Assembly: GCA_021806925.1 (NCBI GenBank)
Contig: JAKAPS010000003.1
Location: 10,553 to 74,552, forward strand
Source: a bacterium
GTDB lineage: Bacteria > Patescibacteriota > Dojkabacteria > JAKAPS01
Reading direction: 5' to 3'
Length of the DNA stretch: 64,000 bases
Shown: in pieces, positions 19,383 through 28,913 of the stretch
Numbering within the stretch: the stretch's first letter is position 1
Layout: every line of letters starts with the position of its first letter
Made by a program: the position numbers and the translations under genes
Notes under the pieces: generated by a model
What the model was told of the DNA's origin: nothing
The model's input: the letters and a program-made list of their open reading frames with translations, nothing else
Databases searched by the model: none

Positions 19383-20093
19383 ATGAAATTCAAATTAGGT
19401 CTTTGTCCAGCACGCTGGGAGAGGCCAAATATAACCGAATTAGAAAGATTTATGCATGATCCATTGGTAGTTGATGCTTACCTTTTGCCAGAAGCATACA
19501 TTGCTGAAGAAAAGTTAGAAGATATAAAAATACTTGCTAGAAATAATGGTAAATGGATTTTCTCTGGTATGAAAGGAAGTGACGGAAACCAATATGCTAT
19601 TGCAATTGATAATAATGGAGAAGAAATTCATAGACATCTTAAGCTTGTTCTTTCTTCTTATGAGTTTGATGGAGGAAGTGTACAAAGAGGAAAAGAAGTA
19701 AGTGCATTTGATACTCCATGGGGAAAGATGGGTTTTCTTCTATGTTACGAGATTAGATTTCCTGAAATTGCTAGAAGAATGAAAGAAAAAGGAGTAAAAA
19801 TTTTTTTAAATCCTATCGGTGATGGTGGAGATGATAAGGATGGAGTTGAATTATGGGCAGAAATTGGAAGAATTAGGGGATTGGATAATACATGTTATAT
19901 TGCTGGTGTAAGTCATTCACATACACCGAACTTTATAGTGTATGCAGCAAATACAAAAGGCGATTTTATTTATAATTCAGACCAAAGGGTAGATATGACT
20001 CGAGCTACTTTTGATATGGACTTATTTCCTACACGAGAGGACGACAAATATATACAAACTGAGATTGAATATATTAATAGAGAAGTATCTTAG
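19383..20093 (+). CDS. Carbon-nitrogen hydrolase (nitrilase superfamily)
   Basis: E-K-C triad in LLPEAY, HLKLVL and LLCYEIRFPE. Confidence 0.85.
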   Translation: MKFKLGLCPARWERPNITELERFMHDPLVVDAYLLPEAYIAEEKLEDIKILARNNGKWIFSGMKGSDGNQYAIAIDNNGEEIHRHLKLVLSSYEFDGGSVQRGKEVSAFDTPWGKMGFLLCYEIRFPEIARRMKEKGVKIFLNPIGDGGDDKDGVELWAEIGRIRGLDNTCYIAGVSHSHTPNFIVYAANTKGDFIYNSDQRVDMTRATFDMDLFPTREDDKYIQTEIEYINREVS

Positions 20094-20194
20094 AGATCTT
20101 CTTTGACAAAGTATTTTTTTATCGGTTCTACTTGTCAAATCCGTAAAATGGAAAGTATTGTTGTTACAGTGATATCAGTATGGTGTCTCATGCT

Positions 20195-20282
20195 CGGAGA
20201 GGGTGAGATTCGAACTCACGATCCAATAAAAAAGGATATCGCTTTTCGAGAGCGACCTAATCAACCACTCTAGCACCTCTCC
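20195..20282 (-). tRNA. tRNA-Ser(CGA)
   Basis: GGAGAGG/CCTCTCC acceptor stem, TCGCT-CTCGAAA-AGCGA anticodon arm, long variable arm, GTTCGAATC T-loop, G73; no encoded CCA. Confidence 0.95.
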
Positions 20283-20292
20283 TATAATAAGT

Positions 20293-20366
20293 TGCTTCTG
20301 ACAGGATTTGAACCTGTAACCTTCAGATCCGCAATCTGATGCTCTATCCAATTGAGCTACAGAAGC
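20293..20366 (-). tRNA. tRNA-Arg(GCG)
   Basis: GCTTCTG/CAGAAGC acceptor stem, TCAGA-TTGCGGA-TCTGA anticodon arm, GGTTCAAATCC T-arm. Confidence 0.93.
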
Positions 20367-20932
20367 TCATTTAATGGGATATATTCTCCATCAGTTAACT
20401 TTGAAAAGTAACTTTGCTTCTTTTTCAGAGTTAAGTATACTACAAAGTCTTTCAGATTTGTAACAACATTTTTAATGTCTTTATCAGGTATTACTAGGTA
20501 GAGTCTTTGAGGATATATCAAATTCAGATCAAGGTACACTATAGTAGTATCTCCTTTATGTGCAAGGTAAAATGTATCAATGTCATCCCAAGCAAGAAAT
20601 CTATTAAATGCATAAATTCCCTTGTTTGTTATCCTATGTTCAATAATACTAGGTTTTATTCTGTATAAAAAAATTGATACAATTGTAATCACAATGATTG
20701 TGAAAATAAGTGGATATTCTTTTAAGAAAAATAAGCCAAGTATAAGCAATGAGACCCAAAGAATTACTGTTATGACAACTTTACTACTCCAATAGCTAAA
20801 TGTCCTGGATGGTGCATGCCACCTATATATGTCTTTCTCAGGTACATTTAGTTCTTTTGCAGTGTTATCTTTTTTTATTTTACTTTTTAATCTTTTTAAT
20901 TCAAGTTCAAGTTCATTAATTTTATCATTCAT
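20357..20932 (-). CDS. Two-TM membrane protein with a PH-like domain (DUF5673-like)
   Basis: WHAPSRTF, two TM helices, HRITNKGI..WDDIDTF; ATG at 20932 chosen as start; stop codon lies within tRNA-Arg. Confidence 0.7.
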   Translation of the reverse strand: MNDKINELELELKRLKSKIKKDNTAKELNVPEKDIYRWHAPSRTFSYWSSKVVITVILWVSLLILGLFFLKEYPLIFTIIVITIVSIFLYRIKPSIIEHRITNKGIYAFNRFLAWDDIDTFYLAHKGDTTIVYLDLNLIYPQRLYLVIPDKDIKNVVTNLKDFVVYLTLKKKQSYFSKLTDGEYIPLNELL

Positions 20933-21034
20933 CAGTATAAGATTAAATTCTTTTGTATAGGATTGCAAGCAAATTGGGACATGTTTTAGTTTTATATATT
21001 TGACAGTGTTGATATAATTTTAATAGATATAAAT

Positions 21035-21622
21035 ATGGATAATAATATAAATAATACAATAACGAATTTAAATGATAATGGCTTTAATACAATTCTTTGT
21101 ACTGATAAAAATGATTTGATGAATAAAATTCTTGAATTTATACCTAAGCATAGCCAAGTTGCGAATGGATCATCTACAACGCTTAAGGAGATAGGCATGA
21201 TTGAATACCTTTCGAGCACTGAAGATTATGAATATTTGAATAAAAAAGTGTTTAGTATACAGGATCCAATTCTTAGAGCTGATGAAAGAAGGAAAATGTG
21301 TCTTGCAGATTATTTCCTTACAAGTGTAAATGCAATAACTGAAGATGGAAAAATTGTTGCTGTTGATGCGAGCGGTTCTAGAGTTGGTGCATTTCATTTT
21401 ACTGCAAAACACTTAATAGTAGTATCAGGAACAAATAAGATAGTAGAGAATTTAGATAAAGCATTTTCAAGGATTAAAGAAGAAGTTTTACCTAAGGAAG
21501 ATGAAAGGGCAATGAGAGAATATGGAGCACACACTGCTATCGCAAAATGGGTGATACTTGAAAAAGAAATAATAAAAGATAGAATAAATATATTCCTGCT
21601 TGATGAAAAATTAGGATTCTGA
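21035..21622 (+). CDS. LUD-domain (lactate utilization/YkgG-like) protein
   Basis: GSSTTL, ADYFLTSVNAITEDG, DASGSRV and GTNKIV motifs; C-terminal LGF. Confidence 0.85.
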   Translation: MDNNINNTITNLNDNGFNTILCTDKNDLMNKILEFIPKHSQVANGSSTTLKEIGMIEYLSSTEDYEYLNKKVFSIQDPILRADERRKMCLADYFLTSVNAITEDGKIVAVDASGSRVGAFHFTAKHLIVVSGTNKIVENLDKAFSRIKEEVLPKEDERAMREYGAHTAIAKWVILEKEIIKDRINIFLLDEKLGF

Positions 21623-21698
21623 GTATATTAGTATGGCTTTGTTAACCTTAAAAATATATTTATACTAAAATATTCTATTCTATACTATACTTGTACAA

Positions 21699-23108
21699 GT
21701 GGATTTAAAAAAGATAATTGTTAATTCTGGTTTTCTTATTTTTAGTAAATTCTACACTCTTTTTTTGAATATAGTTATAGCTAGTTTAATAGCTAGATCA
21801 CTTACAATATCAAATTATGGAGTATACGCAATTATATCTTCATATACACTGGTAGTTGGTATATTCGCAGATTTTGGATTATCTAATCTATTATTGAGAG
21901 ATTCGCATAAATTCGATAACAAAGAAGAGTACTTATCAAACATGATAATAACTCGAATTATATTATCAGTGGTTGTGTCATTTATTGGATTTTCGATATC
22001 ATTTTTAATTCCTCAATATTCTTTAGTAATAAGATTGGGAATAGCAATATTTTCTATTGGTACTATATCAAATTCAGTTGCAGCCCTTGTTAGAAATTAT
22101 TATCAAACAATAAATGTATCAATAATCCCAATGATATCTGAAATATCTGGAATAACAGCCGGTCTTGTGCTTATGTTCATATACTTAATCATAAATAACA
22201 ATATATATATTATATTTATAATATTATCATTAACTTTTGTTATTAGAATGGTAATATCCCTAGTATTTTTGTTCAGGAGGCATAGATTAGTTTATAGATT
22301 CAACAGGAAGGTTTTTGCAGAATATACATTTGAAGGATATTTGCTTGCTCTTGTTGCGATTATCTCAACTGTATATTTCAAGGCTGATAGTATAATCCTT
22401 TCTATAATGAAACCATATAGCGATGTGGCTATATATTCAGTTGCTTACAAATTCGTTGATGTGTTTATTGCACTTCCATCTGTAATTATGGCACCTATAT
22501 TTTCATTAATGTCAAAGAGTATTAATGAAAAGAATATAAAAGAAGCACAAATAATATTTATTAAGGCATTTAAACTAATTGCATCATTTGGAAGTTTAGT
22601 TCTTCCTGCAATACTTATATTCTCCAAATACATTATATTTATATATGCAGGAATTAAATACAATTCTTCTGTATCAGTTCTTAACATATTATCTATAACT
22701 ATTTTCCTTTCATTTCTTGGGAATGTTTTTATATATGGAGTTATGGCAAATAAAAAGCAGAACATGCTCTCATACTATTTTGTGCTTTTATCAGTATTCA
22801 ATATCGTTACAAATGTTATATTCATACCACATTTCAGTTATATTGCAGCAGCCTGGCTTACTGACATAACAGAACTATTTGTATTAATTGGCGGCATGTG
22901 GATTTCATATAAATATTGTAAATTATATGTTGATATAAGGACCTTTTTACAATTCATAGTTTATGTTATAGTTATGAGCATATTGTCACTTGCTTTGCTT
23001 GGTAGCTTGAATATTCTTTTACTCATTATTTTATATATATTTATCTCATCAGTGTTTATATTTTTAATATATAGAAAAGAGATACTACAAATAGTTAACA
23101 AAAGATAA
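21699..23108 (+). CDS. Wzx-type polysaccharide flippase
   Basis: ADFGL, D.IILS..K.YSDVAIYSVAYK and IP.FSYIAAAW motifs; about 14 TM helices. Confidence 0.88.
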   Translation: MDLKKIIVNSGFLIFSKFYTLFLNIVIASLIARSLTISNYGVYAIISSYTLVVGIFADFGLSNLLLRDSHKFDNKEEYLSNMIITRIILSVVVSFIGFSISFLIPQYSLVIRLGIAIFSIGTISNSVAALVRNYYQTINVSIIPMISEISGITAGLVLMFIYLIINNNIYIIFIILSLTFVIRMVISLVFLFRRHRLVYRFNRKVFAEYTFEGYLLALVAIISTVYFKADSIILSIMKPYSDVAIYSVAYKFVDVFIALPSVIMAPIFSLMSKSINEKNIKEAQIIFIKAFKLIASFGSLVLPAILIFSKYIIFIYAGIKYNSSVSVLNILSITIFLSFLGNVFIYGVMANKKQNMLSYYFVLLSVFNIVTNVIFIPHFSYIAAAWLTDITELFVLIGGMWISYKYCKLYVDIRTFLQFIVYVIVMSILSLALLGSLNILLLIILYIFISSVFIFLIYRKEILQIVNKR

Positions 23109-23137
23109 TTTTTGTTTTATACTTTTCAGTAGAAAGC

Positions 23138-24577
23138 ATGAATAATAATATTGATTATACCAATCCAAGTGTTGAGAATACTGCTAATGAGCATTCACAA
23201 AGTTTGAAAGATACTCTAGCAAACATAATGATAAAAACAGTGCCAAGTTATGCTAATAAATTTATTTATTCTCTTGGATTTTTATCTATGATAAGTTTCT
23301 TTATGATAATAGCTTCCGGATTTGTTTTGATATTTAATGGTCCATTCTGGTGGTTACATAACAGCACGGGAATATTTTTTAGAAGTATTCATCTTTGGTC
23401 TACTCAATTTTTCATCATATTTATAATATTACACTTAATTATTGTATTCCTATCATCAGGGTTTAAATATCCACGTAGATTAACGTGGGTTGTTGGTTCA
23501 TTGATGATGTTTTTTGTTTTGTTTGAAGCAGAATTAGGTTATGGATTAAGAGGAGATTTCTCATCGCAGTGGAGAGTACTTCAAGCATCTGATTTATATA
23601 ATGGAAGTGGTCTTGGAATATTCGTTAATAATCTTAATTACGCACAGATATATGGCATACATATAGCTCTCATCCCTATAATACTGATTGCACTTCTTGG
23701 ATTTCATTATCTTCTAGTCCGAACAAAAGGCATAGCTAAACCATACAAGAAGGATACAAAGTATAAAATGGTTAAAGCTAACCACACCAAATTATTTATT
23801 AGAGGGATAGGATTGATTGTTGTTATTGTAATATTTGCAATTATTTTCCCATCACCTTTTATTGCACAGACAAAAATTTCTGATATTGCTTCTCAAGACC
23901 CATCTAATATTGCAACTACTATATTTAGTGAATATATGGGAACATCAGGAACTGCTACATACTTTGATAGTATAAATCCTTATACATATAACCTAAAAGA
24001 CATTTATGTTATAAATCCATATTTATCATATATAAAGATACATAATGAAGCTAACTATTACCAAATATTTTTAAGTTTACCTTCATCAATTCAATCACAA
24101 GATCTTGCTAATGCGAATAAGTATTTTTCAGGTAGTAGCTATAATCCTAATGTCTTATCAGAGAATCCTATGGTAAACGTAGTTAATACTCTTGTTCTAA
24201 TGGCATCTAATCATCTATATTCTGCATATCTTGCAAGTGAAAATGGACAAGGTAATAATACATATGTGGGTAGATTCCTAAGTGATACAGGAGTTCTTGA
24301 TGCTGAAGCTCAATCACTTGGTATTACTACTCAGCAACTAGGAATGGTTCACGAGGAAAAAGGGATTATACCTCCAGGAGCATGGTGGCTTGCACCAATT
24401 GGTGTTATGGATAACACTATTCTTGCTAATGACCCGAACCAGGACAGAGACGGAGCTATAATACTTGCAAGCCTTGTAATAATACTAATATCTTATCCAT
24501 ATATTCCATACTTGAATAGGCTACCTGAATATCTTAGATTAGATAATATAATTTGGAAGGAAAAGGAAGCATATTGA
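23138..24577 (+). CDS. Cytochrome b/b6-like membrane protein with a large C-terminal extension
   Basis: Four heme-ligating His: RSIH-x13-H and YGIH-x14-H; PRRLTWVVG, GYGLRGD and KGIAKP motifs. Confidence 0.85.
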   Translation: MNNNIDYTNPSVENTANEHSQSLKDTLANIMIKTVPSYANKFIYSLGFLSMISFFMIIASGFVLIFNGPFWWLHNSTGIFFRSIHLWSTQFFIIFIILHLIIVFLSSGFKYPRRLTWVVGSLMMFFVLFEAELGYGLRGDFSSQWRVLQASDLYNGSGLGIFVNNLNYAQIYGIHIALIPIILIALLGFHYLLVRTKGIAKPYKKDTKYKMVKANHTKLFIRGIGLIVVIVIFAIIFPSPFIAQTKISDIASQDPSNIATTIFSEYMGTSGTATYFDSINPYTYNLKDIYVINPYLSYIKIHNEANYYQIFLSLPSSIQSQDLANANKYFSGSSYNPNVLSENPMVNVVNTLVLMASNHLYSAYLASENGQGNNTYVGRFLSDTGVLDAEAQSLGITTQQLGMVHEEKGIIPPGAWWLAPIGVMDNTILANDPNQDRDGAIILASLVIILISYPYIPYLNRLPEYLRLDNIIWKEKEAY

Positions 24578-24627
24578 AACTTTTTGTTTAGTTTATTGTA
24601 TACTAAATCTAGTAGTATATAAAAAAT

Positions 24628-25899
24628 ATGAATAAAAAGGTTATTATCATTTCCGTAGTTGTAGTTATTGTTATCGCTGTTCTTTATTTTCTTTTCTTCG
24701 GTAGATTTGGGTCATCAAGGAGAGGGCAATTTCTTACAAGTACTGCAACAGCTACATCTGGTAATTTAAACAGCACATATTCTGCAACTGGGAATATTAC
24801 GTATGGAAGTATGTATAATTTGGATTTTAGCTCAATTGGAAAAGTTACATCAATAAATGTAGGTGTGAATCAAACTGTTAAAAAGGGTCAATTACTTGCA
24901 AGTGAAGACCCTACTGCATTAAATTCTCAATTGCAAAGTGCATATGATGCATATAATCAAGCTAAAATAAGGTTAAGTCAATATGAAACTCAAGTATCAG
25001 ATCAATCGTCTACTTTAAACTTGAATCTAAGCCAACTTGAGAGTCAGCTAGCTGCTGCTCAATCTCAACTACAGAGTGATACATCTACAAATCAATCGAG
25101 CTTAACAATTTCTGGAGATAATCAGAAAATTTCATCGCTTCAAAGTCAAATTGCTTCATTAAATTTGCAGATTTCTCAACTAACTGATTCTACATACACT
25201 GATAATGTTAATAGTGATAACTATTCAATTGAAGCAGCATATGAGAGTATTCAATCTATCCAGAATTCAATAAATAATTTGAATATATATTCCCCTATAA
25301 ATGGAGTAGTTGAATATATAAATGGGCAAGTTGGATTAGATAGTAATGCATTAACAAGTGCAACAACTAGTTTTATATCAGTTATAGATCCGAGTACTGC
25401 AGAAGTAATGGTTGATGTTGATGAATATGATATTAATTCAATTAAATCAGGTCAACAAGTCAGTATTTCGCTTAATAATTCTGCTGGATCTACATATACT
25501 GGAACAGTATCATCAATAGTTAATTCTGCAGTTACCATTAGTAATGTTGTTAATTATCCTGTATATATTTCTATTCAGAATCCTGATAGTAATTTACTAA
25601 ATGGAATGAGTGCAAATGTATCCATAACTACTGGAACTGTAAGTAATGCAGTTCTTGTTCCAAATTCAGCTGTATCATCATTAAATGGTAAGAGCGTTGT
25701 ATATACAAAATCATCAAGTACAGGAAGACCAGTAGCTGTTGATGTTGTCACTGGTTTGAGTAATTCTACATACACACAGATAGTAAGTGGAATTTCTGTA
25801 GGAGATGTCGTTTTATTAAACTATAATACAAGCACGAGCCTTACAGGAAATATAAAATTACCTGTAGGTGGCGGTTTAGTAAGAAATTTGAAACTATGA
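24628..25899 (+). CDS. Efflux periplasmic adaptor / membrane fusion protein (MacA-like)
   Basis: N-terminal TM, VKKGQLLA lipoyl half, coiled coil, IYSPINGVV, GMSANV and VLVPNSAV motifs. Confidence 0.88.
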   Translation: MNKKVIIISVVVVIVIAVLYFLFFGRFGSSRRGQFLTSTATATSGNLNSTYSATGNITYGSMYNLDFSSIGKVTSINVGVNQTVKKGQLLASEDPTALNSQLQSAYDAYNQAKIRLSQYETQVSDQSSTLNLNLSQLESQLAAAQSQLQSDTSTNQSSLTISGDNQKISSLQSQIASLNLQISQLTDSTYTDNVNSDNYSIEAAYESIQSIQNSINNLNIYSPINGVVEYINGQVGLDSNALTSATTSFISVIDPSTAEVMVDVDEYDINSIKSGQQVSISLNNSAGSTYTGTVSSIVNSAVTISNVVNYPVYISIQNPDSNLLNGMSANVSITTGTVSNAVLVPNSAVSSLNGKSVVYTKSSSTGRPVAVDVVTGLSNSTYTQIVSGISVGDVVLLNYNTSTSLTGNIKLPVGGGLVRNLKL

Positions 25900-26561
25900 T
25901 TACCTTGAAAGGAATTACAAAAATATATAATACAGGCGGTAATAAATTTACTGCATTGGATAATGTTAATCTTGAAATATTGACAGGTGAGTTTGTAAGT
26001 ATAATGGGGCCATCAGGTTCAGGTAAATCAACATTAATGAGTATCCTTGGACTCCTGGAACCTCCTACAAGTGGTGAATATATATTAGATAAAACAGATA
26101 CATCTAAGTTAAATGATAATAAACTTGCAGTTGAAAGAAGCAAACACATTGGTTTCATATTTCAGTCATTTAATCTTATTAAGCGGTTGTCGGCGCTAGA
26201 TAATGTAATACTACCAGTCTATTATACAGATTGTGTTATAAGTGAAAAAAAAAGACAGGCTATTGAATATCTAAATCGTGTAGGATTGGGAGATAAAATA
26301 AATTCGAAAATAGTTAATCTTTCTGGAGGTCAACAACAGCGTGTTGCTATAGCAAGAGCGTTAATTAATAATCCATCATTTATTCTTGCTGATGAGCCTA
26401 CTGGAAATCTTGATTCAAAATCATCGATTGAGATAATGAAAATTTTAATGGAATTTAACAGCGATGGGAAAACTCTTATTGTTGTAACACACGATCCAAA
26501 TATTTCAAAATATGCCAAACGTGTTATTCATATATTTGATGGAAAAATTCAGGAGAAATAA
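25896..26561 (+). CDS. ABC ATP-binding protein (MacB/LolD type)
   Basis: GPSGSGKST, LSGGQQQRVAIARAL and ADEPTGNLD motifs. Confidence 0.93.
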   Translation: MITLKGITKIYNTGGNKFTALDNVNLEILTGEFVSIMGPSGSGKSTLMSILGLLEPPTSGEYILDKTDTSKLNDNKLAVERSKHIGFIFQSFNLIKRLSALDNVILPVYYTDCVISEKKRQAIEYLNRVGLGDKINSKIVNLSGGQQQRVAIARALINNPSFILADEPTGNLDSKSSIEIMKILMEFNSDGKTLIVVTHDPNISKYAKRVIHIFDGKIQEK

Positions 26562-27794
26562 ATGATGAAAAAGCTTTTAATATATATCTCCTTTGCCTTC
26601 AGATACATAAACAACTATAAGTTGAGGGCATTTCTAACTATAATTGGTATAGTTATAGGTACAGCTAGTGTGATTGATGTAATCGCTATAGGAACTGGTG
26701 CAAGTGCAAGTGTACTAAATCAAATAAATTCTTTAGGGTCCAATCTTCTAATTATATCACCAGGGCAAGCAAAACAAGGTAGTATTCAGCTCGGTGCTGG
26801 TACGTTGAATTCTCTTACAAATAATGATTTTAATTCTATTGAAAATAAGGTTCTAGCACCTGAGGTCCTTTACGTGTCTGCATCAAGCTCAAAGGGTGGA
26901 ATTAATGCTATATATAAGAGCAACAATTCTGTTGTTACTTTGAATGGTATAACTCCTTCATTTTTTGTTATTAGAAATATTACTATGGCTTCTGGAAGTT
27001 ACATTACAGATTCAGATTTACTTTCTGGAAGACATGATGCTGTACTTGGTGCAACAGTAGCTACTACTTTATTTGGTAGTACATCAGCAATTGGAAAGGA
27101 AATAAATTTAAATGGAAATATATTTACTGTTGTAGGTGTGGCAAATTCAGTAGGTTCAAGTTCAAGCTTTGTAAATAATGATACACAAATATATATACCA
27201 ATAACAGTTTTTCAGGCAATGTTTAGCGGAAATCAGTATTTAAATAATATACTAGTTGAAGCAACAAGTGCTTCAACTATGACAGCAGCGCAAAATGAAG
27301 TCACTCAAATCTTATTAGATAATCATCATATACAGAATGTAAATAATGCTGATTTTACTGTAACAAGCCAAACTCAAATATTATCTACTGCTGGAAGTAT
27401 TACTCAGATTCTAACTATTCTTCTAAGTAGCCTAGCGGGAATAAGCCTAGTTGTTGGAGGAATAGGGATTATGAATATTATGCTAGTAAGTGTAACAGAA
27501 AGAACTAAAGAAATAGGACTTAAGAAAGCAGTTGGAGCAAAAGTGAGTGACATATTAACTGAGTTTTTAGTTGAATCTATAATTCTTACATTTAGCGGAG
27601 GAATAATTGGAGTTGCATTTGGGTGGTTAATTGTTTTATTTATTCAGCAGGTATTCCATTTCTCTGCAATATTATCAATAAATTCAGTTATATTATCACT
27701 ATCTGTCTCAATAATCACTGGTATAATATTTGGATTATACCCATCATTTAAAGCATCAAAATTAAGTCCTCTTGAGGCTTTGAAGTATGAATAA
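26562..27794 (+). CDS. ABC permease (MacB/FtsX type)
   Basis: LRAFLTIIGIVIG, VGGIGIMNIMLVSVTERTKEIG and ASKLSPLEALKYE motifs. Confidence 0.93.
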   Translation: MMKKLLIYISFAFRYINNYKLRAFLTIIGIVIGTASVIDVIAIGTGASASVLNQINSLGSNLLIISPGQAKQGSIQLGAGTLNSLTNNDFNSIENKVLAPEVLYVSASSSKGGINAIYKSNNSVVTLNGITPSFFVIRNITMASGSYITDSDLLSGRHDAVLGATVATTLFGSTSAIGKEINLNGNIFTVVGVANSVGSSSSFVNNDTQIYIPITVFQAMFSGNQYLNNILVEATSASTMTAAQNEVTQILLDNHHIQNVNNADFTVTSQTQILSTAGSITQILTILLSSLAGISLVVGGIGIMNIMLVSVTERTKEIGLKKAVGAKVSDILTEFLVESIILTFSGGIIGVAFGWLIVLFIQQVFHFSAILSINSVILSLSVSIITGIIFGLYPSFKASKLSPLEALKYE

Positions 27795-27898
27795 TTCATG
27801 TGTAAAGTTAGTAGACTCTTGAAATCATTATGATAATTATAATATTGTAATAATATTCATTTACTTAGTAAACTTGATTATGTATACTTATTGTAATA

Positions 27899-28621
27899 AT
27901 GAAGACTTTTAAAATTGTAATTTCATTTATAGGTTTATCATTTTTTATATACCTTTCTATTATAAATAGCTATGTATTTGCAACTACATATTCTGTGAGC
28001 AATAATACAATTGATACTGGTGGGTCAAATAATCAAAGTTCAACCTCATATAATTTAGGAAGTTCCATTGGACAAATTAATCAAGGTGTATCATCATCAG
28101 CAAATTATACAATTAAAACTGGTTATCAATACTATGATTATGGATTCTCTGCACCATATATAACAATGACTATTCCTGTAACTACTGAGTCTTTTGGACA
28201 ATTATCACCAACTACATTTTATACTGTTAGCTATAACGTTAATGTAACAACTAATGCAGATTATGGTTACGGATTATATATATCTGAAAATAACGATATG
28301 CAGAACAGTAGTGATCCTAGTATTACTATTCCAGGATTTGATTCTGGTGCAATAACCTCAGCAGTAAGTTGGACAAGTCCAAGCACAACAGGACTTGGAT
28401 ATAATGTTAGCGGAACAGATGCTGACAGTGATTTTTCATCTTCATCAATGTTTAGAGAACTCTCAAGCAGTCAATCTGTACATATTGCTGGAACTACAGG
28501 TCCAACAGAAACTACTGGTGGTGATCAGCTTACAATGACATTTAAGGTTTCAATTCCTCAAACTCAAGGAGCAGGGGATTATCAGAACAATTGTATTTAT
28601 ACAGCAATTGCAAATTATTAA
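27899..28621 (+). CDS. Exported beta-rich surface protein
   Basis: Signal peptide, Ser/Thr-rich body, C-terminal AGDYQNNCIYTAIANY strand. Confidence 0.65.
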   Translation: MKTFKIVISFIGLSFFIYLSIINSYVFATTYSVSNNTIDTGGSNNQSSTSYNLGSSIGQINQGVSSSANYTIKTGYQYYDYGFSAPYITMTIPVTTESFGQLSPTTFYTVSYNVNVTTNADYGYGLYISENNDMQNSSDPSITIPGFDSGAITSAVSWTSPSTTGLGYNVSGTDADSDFSSSSMFRELSSSQSVHIAGTTGPTETTGGDQLTMTFKVSIPQTQGAGDYQNNCIYTAIANY

Positions 28622-28652
28622 AAATCTTACACACTTCACACATACCTATTTT

Positions 28653-28913
28653 CTATAGAATAATATGAAAATTGAATTGTATTATTGCAAGTATAAGATG
28701 AATAACTATGAGAATAGTTAATATCCATCCAAGCCATTTGTGATATTTTGTCATAAATGGTCTATTTTTCACAAAAAACTTTGTATTAATCTGTTTATAT
28801 ATAGCAGATACTAGTAAAAGTATCATGACTATAGCTGCAAGCATTCCGCTCCAATAAACAAGGTCTTGTCCAAATATGAATATAAATGGTTTTGTAATAA
28901 TTATTGATTGCAT
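28653..28913 (-). CDS. Small 2-TM membrane protein with an HX13H motif (ferric-reductase-like half domain)
   Basis: YWSG TM1; YHKWLGWILTILIVIHL TM2; start overlaps the apbE end. Confidence 0.7.
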   Translation of the reverse strand: MQSIIITKPFIFIFGQDLVYWSGMLAAIVMILLLVSAIYKQINTKFFVKNRPFMTKYHKWLGWILTILIVIHLILAIIQFNFHIIL

